64,000 nt of DNA from Macrostomum lignano (lineage: Eukaryota): positions 186,001-250,000 of the forward strand of contig NIVC01000460.1 of the NCBI GenBank assembly GCA_002269645.1. The letters run 5' to 3'. The translations under genes and the position numbers were made by a program. Under the pieces are notes generated by a model. That model was not told where the DNA came from and made no database searches. It was given only the letters and a program-made list of their open reading frames with translations. Each line of letters starts with the position of its first letter. Positions within the stretch are counted from its first letter, which is position 1. Positions 1 through 12,329 of the stretch are shown piece after piece.

Positions 1-54
1 ACTAGACTTGGAATATAAGAGAAATATTATTAGCCTTAACATATAAACAATACC

Positions 55-226
55 ATATGCATGCTTGGGTGCAACCTAGGGATTCACCAGCTGTTTCAAT
101 TGGCAACACACAAATTGCTATTGGACAAAATAGTAGTCACGTGACTGCTTTCAGCCAATAGCAACTTACTATTGTTGCCAATAGAAACGGCTGGGTGATT
201 CCCAAGGTTGCGCATGCATGCAGGGT
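55..226. mobile_element. Palindromic (foldback) MITE-like element centred on GTCACGTGAC
   Basis: Left arm gcaacctagggattcaccagctgtttcaattggcaaca matches the reverse complement of right arm tgttgccaatagaaacggctgggtgattcccaaggttgc. Inner arms ttgctattgg/ccaatagcaa; centre palindrome at 136-145. No TSD identified. Confidence 0.55.
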
Positions 227-544
227 CCATATAGGCCCCAAACCTTCAATTCATAGTGAGTCTTCATTACGCTATGAAGTCTTAGCAACTCCCTTTGGGC
301 TTTAAAATCTCAACAACTCCACCTGAACTCTGGAATCTCAATGAAATGAGCTTTGGAGTCTCAGCAACTACTTTTTAAGCATTGAATCTCCATCACTACC
401 TTTGTATCTGATGTTAAAATTTGTGAATGCTGCACTTTGCATCTGTGGCTAGCTATCATGACTTGATATCCTTAACTTAAGCACAAAGTGGTGCAATTCT
501 AAAATTAAAAAGCCCGAAAAACTTTTTCTAGCTAAACTTCAGCG

Positions 545-919
545 ATGTCCTGGAGCTCCTGGTTCGGCGGCGGCTCGTCTGGCGGAAGCGACAAGCCAGC
601 CTCTAGCGATGCCTACAACGACACGAGTAGCTTCCAGTACGAGACGGTGCCCAGCATAGGCTCATCCAGCAGCTACGGCAGTTCGAGCGGCGGCACTGCA
701 GAATTCCAGCAGCAGGTTCAGCAGCAGATGCTGGTAGCGGAACTGCAGCGGCGCATCGGCCAGCTGAGCGGCCTGTGCTGGGAGAAGTGCATGACGGCCT
801 ATCCGAAATATTCTATCAGCTCTCGCGAGGAGAACTGCGTGACCAACTGCGCCGAACGTTACCTGGACGTCAGCTCGCTGATTGCCGAAGGACTGGCTAA
901 AAAATTTGAAGCCTCTTAA
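545..919 (+). CDS. TIMM8: Mitochondrial intermembrane-space small Tim chaperone, Tim8-like, intronless, with Gly/Ser-rich N-terminal extension
   Basis: Twin CX3C motif CWEKC...CVTNC followed by AERYLDVS, matching the Tim8 pattern CWEKC...C..NCVERFIDTS. Confidence 0.85.
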   Translation: MSWSSWFGGGSSGGSDKPASSDAYNDTSSFQYETVPSIGSSSSYGSSSGGTAEFQQQVQQQMLVAELQRRIGQLSGLCWEKCMTAYPKYSISSREENCVTNCAERYLDVSSLIAEGLAKKFEAS

Positions 920-1519
920 CATTATTTGGTCGGCATCAGCTCGGTTTGCTATTAGTGTTTTTTTAGCCTTTTTAGCGTATTATTAGTTTAGCCAGCTAAA
1001 ATTGACGCTACCTTTAATTAAATAAATTCGGTAATCAACAACTATCAGGCAGTGTTTACGTTATTTTGATTGAATACGCTTAAATATGCTTTGTTACTCC
1101 TACATTGTTGCAGCCTTTAAAGTTTATTTTTATGTAAAAAATGGAGTCGGTTACGCTTAAGAGCAGCATGTACAGGTTTGGTCATATATATGTACATATT
1201 CATATGCTGTAAATGACCATAAGAAAAAAGCTATATAAAAACAAAGCAAGCAGTTAAATTAATTTTGTTTTTCATCATAAACAGCAGTAACAAATTAGTT
1301 AATGCCAGTGTTCAAGTAAAATTACATGAAATTTAAGTAGTCACCTAAAATGCAAAAATTACCTGTTGATTTTGCAAAAGCTGGAAGTTAGGCAAAAACT
1401 TACTTTTTTTAGTCAGAAAAACAGAAAATTCAGCTCAAGCGAAACGAGTAATAAATACTGTTATTAAATGTAATTTTTCTGCAAACTGCTGCTTTAGTGG
1501 GCCCTTTTTGGTCCATCGC

Positions 1520-2030
1520 TGGGTTGACAACACCCCACTTCCGGTTCATCAATGAGTTGACAACACCCTACTTCCGGTTCATCAATGAGTTGACAACACC
1601 AGACTTCCGGTTTAACAAGTTGAAGGAGTTGACAACCCCTACTTCCGGTTCATAAATGAGCTGAGAACATCCTACTTCCGGTTTATCGATGGGCTGAGAA
1701 CATCCTACTTCCGGTTTATCGATGGGCTGAGAACATCCTACTTCCGGTTTATCGATGGGCTGAGAACATCCTACTTCCGGTTTATCGATGGGCTGAGAAC
1801 ATCCTACTTCCGGTTTATCGATGGGCTGAGAGCGTCCTACTTCCGGTTTATCGATAGGCTGAGAACATCCTTCCGGTTTATCGAGGGGCTGAGAACATCC
1901 TACTTCCGGTTTATCGAGGGGCTGAGAACATTCTTCCGGTTTATCGAGGGGCTGAGAACATCCTACTTCCGGTTTATCGAGGGGCTGAGCATCCTACCTA
2001 CTTCCGGTGTATCGCTGGGTTCACAACATC
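1520..2030. repeat. Minisatellite, ~33-bp unit (acatcctacttccggtttatcgatgggctgaga)
   Basis: About 15 tandem copies visible; most contain ACTTCCGGT. Confidence 0.95.
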
Positions 2031-2614
2031 CTAAACTTGTCAAGTTCTTGTCAAATACTGGTCACATCCCATAGTTGTCGAAATTCTACTTTCCGTCCAC
2101 CATGGGCATTGTTAAGGTAAAGTTTCAGCTGTGGAAACTTCTACATGTAACTGTTATGCTACAGGTGCGATGACAGGTAGACTACGCAATGCCATGAAAG
2201 AAGAATTCTAATGTAAAAACTCCGGCAATTCGATTCAGTAATAAAGCCATTAATTAGAAACTACAATACAAAATGATACGAGATTTACTGACACAGGCAA
2301 TATGAATAATAAATGCAACTACCTAGTTTGATGCGGGATCTTTGTTGTTGAACCACTCGGCAATGCTGTACATGGGAGACTAATTCTAATTCCAAATTTA
2401 TTACAATATCCTAGCTAAAAATGGCGCTATTTACGAGCTAAAATCGAGCTTAAAACAAAGATACTGAGTTGCCGAGCATAAAATATGGGTACTTGTATAG
2501 GACAGATTGATAAGTCAGACTGTCTCGGTTGATTTACAAGTGCAAAAAATAGGGATAGGGACTTTCTAAGTATGCTGTGAATCTTTAGGACTTAGAAACT
2601 AGATAAATCCATAA

Positions 2615-3265
2615 GAGACACCAGGATACTCAATAAGGGGCACTAAGATACTCAATATGGGATACTAAGATACTCAATAAGGGATGCTAAGATACTCAAC
2701 AAGGGACACTAAGATACTCAATAAGGGACACTAAGATACTCAATAAGGGGCACAGATAATAAGGGACACTAAGATAGTCAATAAGGGACACTAAGATAGT
2801 CAATAAGGGACACTAAGATAGTCAATAAGGGACACTAAGATAGTCAATAAGGGACACTAAGATAGTCAATAAGGGACACTAAGATAGTCAATAAGGGACA
2901 CTAAGATAGTCAATAAGGGACACTAAGATAGTCAATAAGGGACACAGATAATAAGGGACACTAAGATAGTCAATAAGGGACACAGATAATAAGGGACACT
3001 AAGATAGTCAATAAGGGACACTAAGATAGTCAATAAGGGACACTAAGATAGTCAATAAGGGACACTAAGATAGTCAATAAGGGACACTAAGATAGTCAAT
3101 AAGGGACACTAAGATAGTCAATAAGGGACACAGATAATAAGGGACACTAAGATAGTCAATAAGGGACACAGATAATAAGGGACACTAAGATAGTCAATAA
3201 GGGACACTAAGATACTCAATAAGGGACACAGATAATAAGGGACACTAACATACTCAACACGACAC
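2615..3265. repeat. Minisatellite, 22-bp unit (aataagggacactaagatagtc)
   Basis: Direct tandem copies visible. Confidence 0.95.
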
Positions 3266-3416
3266 TAAAAGGCTCAATAATAGACAGGAAAGGACATAAG
3301 GTAATTCACTAAAAAGTACATCACACAACGAAGCTCGACAAGGCTCAAAAAGGACAATAGAAGATTCGATAAAAGACACCGCGAGACTGAATCAAAGTCA
3401 CAATAACAGCCAATCG

Positions 3417-4250
3417 TCAAGGCTTGTACCGTATAAAAGCGGTGGGGCCGCTCCTAGCGTAGCAAACATCGCACAGCCATTCGGCGAAGATCTCCTGACG
3501 CAGCATGCGCCAAGCGTCCGTAGTCAGCTGAGTGCACGCCCGATGGTACCAGTACTTGCACGACGCCTCGCACTGGATGCTCTCGTCTGTGTCGGCAATT
3601 TCAAATCGACAAGCGCCGCACAGAAATACGACTGGAGCGTTGACGCTGCCGCCGGTGTACAGCATCGCCGGCTGGCCCGGGTGCGGGTGCGGGTGCGGCG
3701 GCATCGGCTGCTGACGCCGGTGCTGCAGCTGCTGCTGTTGAGGCCCGTGAGGGTACTCCATAGCTGGGCCCGGCCCGTAGGCCACCCCAGCGGGTGGTCC
3801 ACCGGCAAGGTTGCCGCTGCTGCCTCCTCCGCCGCCACCGCCAGAGGCTGCCGCTGCTGCAGCCGCCGCGGCCGCCGCTGCCGCTGCTGCAGCCGCCGCG
3901 TGACCGTTGTGCTGGCTGGGATATCGAGGCGGCTGCTGCTGCATCATCATCATCTGCTGTTGCTGCTGCGGATGCGTCGGCGGCATCATGGGAGGTCCGC
4001 CAGGCGGCAGGTGTTGATGGGGCAGCGGTGGTGGCGGCTGCTGCTGCTGCTGACCCGGCGGAGGCGGCGGCGGGCCGCCCGGATGTCCACCTGGTGCAGC
4101 GGCGGCGGCGGCGGCGGCTGCTGCGGCGGCTGCCTGGTGAGCAGCGGCGCTGGCGACTGGCATTGCTTTATGGGCAACGAGAAGAACTCGACAAGTAAAA
4201 AATGCGAACTTAGCGACTGGTGCTGAGGCGATGCGGCTGAAAAATGGCAT
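3417..4250 (-). CDS. PYGO: Pygopus-like protein: Ala/Pro/Gln-rich N-terminus and C-terminal Pygo-type PHD finger. Likely start at ATG 4163 (MPVAS) or on an unseen upstream exon.
   Basis: VFLCGACRFEIADTDESIQCEASCKYWYHRACTQLTTDAWRMLRQEIFAEWLCDVC aligns with the Pygo PHD pattern YPCG.C..EVNDDQDAILCEASCQKWFHRICTGMTE.AY.LL..E..AVWGCD.C; the PHD is C-terminal as in Pygo. Confidence 0.85.
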   Translation of the reverse strand: MPFFSRIASAPVAKFAFFTCRVLLVAHKAMPVASAAAHQAAAAAAAAAAAAAPGGHPGGPPPPPPGQQQQQPPPPLPHQHLPPGGPPMMPPTHPQQQQQMMMMQQQPPRYPSQHNGHAAAAAAAAAAAAAAAAAASGGGGGGGSSGNLAGGPPAGVAYGPGPAMEYPHGPQQQQLQHRRQQPMPPHPHPHPGQPAMLYTGGSVNAPVVFLCGACRFEIADTDESIQCEASCKYWYHRACTQLTTDAWRMLRQEIFAEWLCDVCYARSGPTAFIRYKP

Positions 4251-4289
4251 GCGGATTGGGTTCGCTGCTATAATACCCTAAGCTAATGT

Positions 4290-5358
4290 GTTGCTAGGAC
4301 ACGATGATGCTTCGCTAACACACCCTAATCGGTTGCTAACACACTTTAATCGGTTGCTAACAAACCCTAATCGGTTGCTAACACACCCTAATCGGTTGCT
4401 AACACACCCTAATCGGTTGCTAACACACCTTAATCGGTTGCTAAGACACCTTAATAGGTTGCTAAGACACCTTAATCGGTTGCTAACACACCTTAATCGG
4501 TTGCTAACAAACCCTAATCGGTTGCTAACACACCCTAATCGGTTGTTAACACACCTTAATCGGTTGATAAGACACCTTAATCGGTTGATAAGACACCTTA
4601 ATCGGTTGCTAACACACCCTAATCGGTTGATAAGACACCTTAATCGGTTGATAAGACACCTTAATCGGTTGATAAGACACCTTAATCGGCTGCTAACACA
4701 CCCTAATCGGTTGATAAGACACCTTAATCGGTTGATAAGACACCTTAATCGGTTGATAAGACACCTTAATCGGTTGCTAACACACCCTAATCGGTTGCTA
4801 ACACACTTTAATCGGTTGCTAACAAACCCTAATCGGTTGCTAACACACCCTAATCGGTTGCTAACACACCTTAATCGGTTGCTAAGACACCTTAATAGGT
4901 TGCTAAGACACCTTAATCGGTTGCTAACACACCCTAATCGGTTGCTAACACACCTTAATCGGTTGCTAACACACCTTAATCGGTTGCTAACAAACCCTAA
5001 TCGGTTGCTAACACACCCTAATCGGTTGCTAACACACCTTAATCGGTTGCTAACAAACCCTAATCGGTTGATAAGACACCTTAATCGGTTGATAAGACAC
5101 CTTAATCGGTTGATAAAACACCTTAATCGGTTGCTAACACACCCTAATCGGTTGATAAGACACCTTAATCGGTTGATAAGACAAGACACCTTAATCGGTT
5201 GCTAACACACCCTAATCGGTTGCTAACACACCTTAATCGGTTGCTAACAAACCCTAATCAGTTGCTAACACACCCTAATCGGTTGCTAACACACCTTAAT
5301 CGGTTGCTAACACACCTTAATCGGTTGCTAACACACCTTAATCGGTTGCTAAGACACA
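4290..5358. repeat. Minisatellite, 21-bp unit (taatcggttgctaacacacct)
   Basis: About 50 tandem copies; the unit is a multiple of 3, which produces stop-free repeat ORFs on both strands. Confidence 0.97.
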
Positions 5359-5918
5359 GGCGTACACGTTACAGGCGTGCGGTCGCGGTCAATAAAATTT
5401 TACTAACAGAATCAAAGCTTTATAACAAATTGAATTAACACTACAGACGGAGGAAATGCATAGTCGCTGTCTATTTTTCAATACGTTAGGCAAATAAAAT
5501 GCATAGAATTCAACTTAAAAAAAACAGCTACAAACTTAAGGAAGGCCAAGATTGTAAACAATACAATAGTTTACGCAAAAAAATTCTTAGCGGGGAGATC
5601 TGTTAACAAGAGGTTTTGAGCTGACTTGTGATTGAGTACTACTACAAATTTATTATTTTTTGTTAACGCAGAATACCTGGGGTTAAAAAACAGTCACCGA
5701 TATTTTGCTCATTTTTTCTATGCAAGAACTGGACCTCTTGAGGCGGAAGATTTTAAAATATTCGATGAATTTACTACACAGAGACCTATTAGTATTAAAG
5801 TTATTTCGATTGTCTAATTAAAGTCCAAGAAGTAGGTGAAAACGAAAAGAAAGCTTTATTGCTTCAATCAAGCAAGCAGTTTAAAGTAGTTAGAGTTGCG
5901 CAAACACTAATTAATCAA

Positions 5919-6293
<375 letters not shown>

Positions 6294-6417
6294 CTAGCCG
6301 CTTAAGAATGAATTTTATACTCGATTCTATGCTGAAATATGCATGCTTTTAACTTAATTAAAAAGTCCATAGACAAAAACTCTGCCTTTGAAATAGACTT
6401 TTACTAAAATTAATCAA

Positions 6418-7179
6418 TATAGCTTTTTGCAGCTTATTTGGGCTAACGCGCATTGAATTTAATCCCAGATACATTTGCCAATGTAACGGAGCTTTTGTCT
6501 ATGGTAGCAAGGCTGCCACAGCGGCATTCGATTTGGTCCAGCAAGCATCAATTTGGTCCAAATGCTTGTGAGCCCATGGCAAACTCTTGCCTTCTCGCAA
6601 CCGCCTAAGGGTTGTTGCGCACCGCTGGAATGTCAGCGTCTGTACCAGCAATTTTCAGTCGCTTTTCCAGAGCTCTGCTCATAGTCCAAATCTGATAACC
6701 AACTGGAACTGTTCCTTCAACTTCTGCTGCATTTTCTGCTCCGTCAACAAAGGGCTCGTCTCAATTGCATTAAGTAGCAGTTGGACCTGAGTCTCTAGCA
6801 ACTTGCCTTGGCGATTGCCACCTTTCACAGGCGACCTATGCCAGAAGTGGTTTCAACACGCTGATGGATGCTGTAAACCATCTTTCTTCTATATTCAGCA
6901 ACCTTGCAATGTCCTTTGGGTGTTCACCTCTGTTGAGTGCTTTGATCACAAGCAAGTGCCATACGTTCGACAACCTAGCATGGTTCACAATTATGGAGGT
7001 GATCTTGCTCCTCCGCAACAGTTGCAAATAAAGCTATGGACCAAATTGATGCTTGTTGGACTAAATTAAGTGCCGCTGTCGCAGCCTTGCTACCATAGAC
7101 AAAAGCTCCACTACATTGGCAAACCTGTCTTGGATTAAATTAAATGCATGTAAGCCCAAATGGGCTGCAAAAAGCTATA
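6418..7179 (-). mobile_element. Non-autonomous IS630/Tc1-like DNA transposon (element A), ~142-bp imperfect TIRs, transposase N-terminal relic
   Basis: TIRs 6418-6559 and 7038-7179 (tatagctttttgcagc ... gctgcaaaaagctata). The minus strand has an HTH-like segment IKALNRGEHPKDIARLLNIEER, then in another frame GGNRQGKLLETQVQLLLNAIETSPLLT. No DDE core. Confidence 0.8.
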
Positions 7180-7180
7180 A

Positions 7181-8564
7181 TATAGCATTTTGCAGTCAAG
7201 TTTGAACTGCGGGCATTCAAATTAGACGCTTGACCAGATCTCACTGCTGGCACAAATGCTATCTATGGCCTAGACAAAATCACACTGGTGGGCACTCAAT
7301 TTAGACAAGGGGCATTCAAATTAGACAAGTTCTCAGGCGCATTGGCTGGGCAATTCAAGATCGTGTTGCGTCTGTTGTCAGACAACCATTCTGTGAACCC
7401 TGAACTATGAAGATAAGAACAAGTTATAACAAAGTAAGTATGTGTGAACAAACAAAACAGGGTGCTCAGCACATCAATGAACAAGAGTCTCACAAGAGTC
7501 TCATCTGATAGAGAATTCAAACGATGTCTTCATTTGCCAGACAGCGTGGGATGAAGCGGAGCGTGTGCTGATACCAGTGAACGCACTTCAGTGGAGTCAC
7601 GTCATCCATCGCGATTTCCCCGCACCTCTGCAGCACCATCAGTCTCCATTGAACGGCAGTCATGTCAGGAGGCGGAACAGCCAATTCTCTCTGAACTTCA
7701 GGAGTTCAGATTTCTGCTCGAGAGACTGTTGAAATGTCAATCGTTGGTATTGCGGGAAACTCAGACAGAAGCGATTCCCGCATTTGCCCGAGTGTCATCA
7801 GAGGGTTGGCATTCAACAAGGCGGCCAGATCATACATGCGCAACAGTCGGCCGAGTCGGCCGATCCGGCCGACTGATTTGGCAGCCAACCATGGAAGTCG
7901 CAAAAATGCCCACCCAAAAAACACCAAGTAGTAGTACTAAGTAGCTGACGAGGCATTTTTGCCTGATAAGACAGTCATGGTTACTCCCGCCGTTTACCCA
8001 AAGTTGCGTTAATTTTGCTTTAGGTTTTTTTACATGTAAGTCGCATTTTTGGCCAAAAACTACGTCGCATTTTTGTTAAAACTAAGTCGCACGGCCGACC
8101 GAATTTTGGACGTTGCGCATGTATGGGCCAGATGGTCCTTCATTGCAGGATTCATTCGACGGTGCCTGGCTCCTCCCCTTGGTAGCGCGTATCGCTGGCC
8201 ATCCTGAACAAACTTGTTCCAGATGTTGTACACTGATGATCTCTTGACATCCAACATGTTGGCAATTTCAGCCACAGAGTCACCACGTTGGCATGCCCCA
8301 ATAATGAGGTCACGCTTCTCTCTGGAAATTCTTGCATAGCGACGAATCGGATTGTCCATGGTCTTTCTCTCTGGCACACATAGACTTTCCGCTGCTTGTC
8401 TAATTTGAATGCCCGTTGTCTAAATTGAGTGCCCGTCAGTGTGTTTCAGTTTGTGCCACAGACATAAAGTTCTGCTTGACTTGGGGACGGATTCTGAAAT
8501 TTGGCTCTTCCCTTCTTGTCTAATTTGAATGCCTGCAGTTCAAACTTGACTGCAAAATGCTATA
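7181..8564 (-). mobile_element. Internally deleted IS630/Tc1-like DNA transposon (element B) with IR-DR-type ends
   Basis: Outer TIRs tatagcattttgcagtcaagtttgaactgc ... gcagttcaaacttgactgcaaaatgctata, and an inner repeated motif ggcattcaaattagacaa near 7312 and, inverted, near 8396. Minus-strand transposase pieces: HTH GDSVAEIANMLDVKRSSVYNIW, GGARHRRM, winged-helix NANPLMTLGQMRESL...ISTVSRA, and C-terminal FIPRCLANEDIV. Catalytic DDE region absent. Confidence 0.85.
7831..8125. mobile_element. hAT-type MITE nested in element B
   Basis: Perfect 14-bp TIR catacatgcgcaac / gttgcgcatgtatg; 8-bp TSD ggccagat at 7823-7830 and 8126-8133. Removing it restores the host reading frame (KDHLA-ALLNANP). 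Confidence 0.9.
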
Positions 8565-8684
8565 TCTTCTTGAAGCTCAACTCATAGGAGGCGGCAGAAT
8601 GGTGTTCAACTTTTGGCGGTTCCCATAATGTACCAATCATTGTTCTTCATTACAGCAGTCACACTGCTGTGTCACAAAATGAGC

Positions 8685-8915
8685 AGCGAGCAGAGAATCA
8701 ATCTCAACTTTTTTATGCAGTCATCAGAATATCATTAGCTTCTTCATGAGGTATATGGAGATGATGCAATGTCTCAGACAAGGGTGTACGATTGATGCCT
8801 TACCAACCACCTTACCTTCGCATGGCCAAGGATCCGATAAGAAGCATTCTAATTGAAGATTTCAGCATAAGGAAGCTGTGCACTAAGATGACGCCAAAGA
8901 TGGCGCACAAGACAT
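8685..8915 (+). mobile_element. Degenerate mariner-family transposase N-terminal relic
   Basis: MSSEQRINLNF..., EVYGDDAMSQTRVYD and ILIEDFSIRKLCTKMTPK resemble the mariner motifs EQRINIKF, YGDDAMSRTRVFEW and ILTEDLGMRKVCAKMVPK; frames are broken. Confidence 0.7.
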
Positions 8916-11429
8916 TTTCAGTTAGGCAACTCCTCGAGACCACCCCATTCATAAGTGTCACGACTTTATTTGTCTTTCTCCAGTTCACTTTAACTTGTCT
9001 GTTTACTCTGCTTTCTCTCCCTCTCTTGTCCAGCTCAAATATTGTTATTCCCTCTCTCTCCCTCGCTGCCTTGTGCCTTCTGATTGGCTCTCCATTCTCG
9101 CCCCTCTCCTCAGTCGCACACTCCACCCCCCCCCCTAATTCACTCAACACTACCCCTCCCCTCCACTAGGTTATTGACATAAATATACCCATTTAGGCCT
9201 TGAGCCCCACTTACTGTCTGTTTTGCATTCAACTCTAATTAGGTATCTCTCAATTTAAACAGTATCATTATTTTTTTACATAGCACCTAATTTAAAGTAG
9301 AACTCAATATGTAGTTTATTAAGTGCCAAATAGGCTGACTTGGATTTGTTCGTCACAGTCGAACGCGTCATCTTGTCATTCCATCATTGTTGCTTATTGT
9401 CTTGTCTGCCAGCCTCTCCTCGACTCATGTGTGCCATGCGATGCGCTTGTGACAAGCTGGGGAGTGAGTGCAAGAGTCTGGCCAACCTTGTCCCCTCGTA
9501 TTTCGTCTATACAGCCCGATGGTCTCACTACGAGCATGTACAAGACTTGCCGGACCTATAGAGTCACCACTTTCTCTATCATGTGGAGACTCGCTAGTCC
9601 AGCTATTGCTTGTAATTAACTAACTGCGAGAGTTTGTTCTAAAGTGCAACAGCTGACAGCCTACTGGCAGCCTCGAGAAGAAGCAGGTTCAACTCTGCTG
9701 GCCCTGCAGATGAAAAAAAGAACCTAGAAAAGGCTGAGGATAATCTGGCTAAGAAAAAGTGCAAATTAGAGGCCAAGCAATGAAGCATATGCATATGACA
9801 ATTGACTCAAGTTTATAGAACATGGATTTGGGGGGATTAATTCCAACAAACTTGGCATTTGGTCTGGGTGCATTTCATTAGATAGATAGAAGGTGCATGC
9901 CTATTGGTTGAGGGCTGCTAAAGGGAATAAGGCTAGATATTAAATGTGCTTCTAGTAGTGAATATAATTAAACATTTTCATTCAAGCTTAATCCTTGATC
10001 TGTATCAAAAACTTATCTAGCATGAATTCATTAAACCACCAATTAGCACAATTAACAAAAACAAGTGACTGATTAAATAGTAAGGTAGGCATATTATTGA
10101 TTGAAATATTTGTATTCAATATTACTTGGTGTTTGAATTAGTTTTATTATATATTTGAATTGAATCAAATCAGTTCAAAAATTTTATTTTGTCTTATCTT
10201 TAGGCTTAGGCCTACTATACAGAAATTATAGTAGCAATATAATGTTTGATATTAATTGTCAAATTTAAACTAACAATGCTAAACATTCATCATTATTGCT
10301 AAAGACAATATAGAAAGTTAACATATTAATAAATAAAATTTATGAAGATCATAAACTAGTCTAATGCAAGTACAAACTACTTTGGCAATAGAGATTCACC
10401 ATAGACAAATCTGGCAAAAGAGACTTTATTAACAATCTAGTCAAGTTTAGCAATAATAATAAAATTATAATTATGGATAATTGCTAACCTAACCTATTAG
10501 GTAACAAACAAATTCATTGACAAAAACTCACTATGCCTAGGCCTATTGACAAATTTAGCAAAAGCAAATATTCAACAATAATCTAATAATAAAATTTGTC
10601 AATAATGTCAATGAAAAAGCAATTATATATAATTATTAACCAATTTTGTAACAAACAATTTTAGATTAACTCAAGACAAATTTAGCAGAAATAAATTTGG
10701 CAATAGGCCTTAATCTAGCTAGTCAGATACAATTTATATTAATATATTATAATCTTAATGCTATTAAATATAAATCAAATACATATGAATATAGTGTGAC
10801 TATTACCATTTTGACTAAAAATATTATCTTTTTGAATGTCACCTATTTGATTGTCACATTTTTGATCCATTGCCTTTTTGACTTATAGCCATATGATAAG
10901 CTTAGGCCTATCTAGAGGTGTCAGTCATTTTATCTGCTAATACTAGGGTCTAAATAGTTAGTCTATTAGGTAGGCCTACACAAAAGTTTTCTTTTTCTAA
11001 AACTGTTTGTCTATTAGGAAATAGGATAAAGATATAGAGTAAGATATAAAGCTACCTAACAACCTTCCCATTTGTTGAAATGCTTTAGGGATATTGGTTT
11101 CCTCAAAAATGATAAATGCTATCTATGCATTATAGGCCTACTAGGGACTCCTGGGACTATCAATTTTTAAATACATGCCCCAAAAATTCTTAGTGTCATT
11201 GATATCATACAAGTTACTAGATAAGAATGGTTTTACAAGCTTGTAGAGAGCATGGAAATATGATTTGCAACAACTCTAGATTTGAAATGAAAGCTTCTTA
11301 ACAAATATGATTAATTTTTGTTTGACATTATGACAGGCTTAGTTATCTACAAAGTGTAAAGAATAAAGAATAAATAAGAATTACGATCTGTTGATATTTT
11401 TATCTTTACCAAGTTTTAAACAGCTTTTG

Positions 11430-11540
11430 GGCTATCCTGTAGTTTCGCACATTAAATTATTTTACGGAATTATTTCGCCCTCTATTCAAGGGTGGTGGGG
11501 GTGGGGGTTATAATTAAACGTGCGAAACTACAGGATAGCC
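11430..11540. mobile_element. 111-bp MITE, Merlin/IS1016-like ends
   Basis: Perfect 21-bp TIR ggctatcctgtagtttcgcac / gtgcgaaactacaggatagcc; 8-bp TSD agcttttg at 11422-11429 and 11541-11548; GG termini. Confidence 0.85.
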
Positions 11541-12329
11541 AGCTTTTGTTCTACTGTTTTTAGCTTTTATTGTAAATGTGCATATTGTAAAATAGTTTGT
11601 AAAAATTATGGAGGAAGGACCCCTGCAGCGCTTTAACAATGTCAATGGAGAGGTTGTTGGGTAGCTCCCCACCCCACTCCTCATCTCACCCCACCCTCAT
11701 TTCCCAGCAGACAAACAGTTTTAGAAGACGAACTGTCAGCAGACGAATGAACTGGAAATGATCATAAAATTTTGATGCCATACGCTTTAAGGAGGCGCAG
11801 TATCAGCAGGCTAGTATTATGCTAGGGAGTGTACCACATTTTGACACCTTTACGTACATTTAAGATAGCAGAAGACTACGTTTGAAGCCTCAAACTAAAA
11901 ACACACTCAATCTGGGCAGTAGTAGTAGTAGTAAGTTGGCTCAGGCAAGAAGCCTGTTTGGCCAGTATATTTCTGTGTATTTAAGTTATTTTAGCATTAG
12001 TTGTTTAATTACGATTAAGTTCAAAAGGTTAAATTTGTTCAAAAGGTTAAATTTTTACACGAGTTACGATGCGAGTTACGATATTTGTAAAATTATTAAG
12101 GTATTTGAAAGAGCGTTTTTTGTAAAAAGATGTAGTATTTTGCAAGCGCGCAATATTTCAAAGCGTGAAAAACGAACGAAAAATGAACAAAAACGAACTT
12201 CGAAAGAACTTTAACGTTAAACGAATAGCGACGATTTAAATAGGTATTAGATAGGAAACTAATTAAATACTAATTAAATGCTAATTAAATAGGAAATTAA
12301 AAAGACAGTAAATGAATAAACAGAAGAAA

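Noticed and set aside
3524-4226. Overlapping antisense ORFs within Pygo, and likewise within the protocadherin and claudin-like exons
   Set aside because: Expected shadows of GC-rich, triplet-repeat coding sequence.
4278-5438. Long ORFs on both strands (LTHPNRLL / CLINRLR repeats), superficially LRR-like
   Set aside because: They are translations of a 21-bp minisatellite that lacks stops in those frames; no unique flanking coding sequence.
9323-9790. Moderate-GC segment with short ORFs, possibly a TE or gene relic
   Set aside because: No recognisable domain, and frames are interrupted; a translated homology search is needed.
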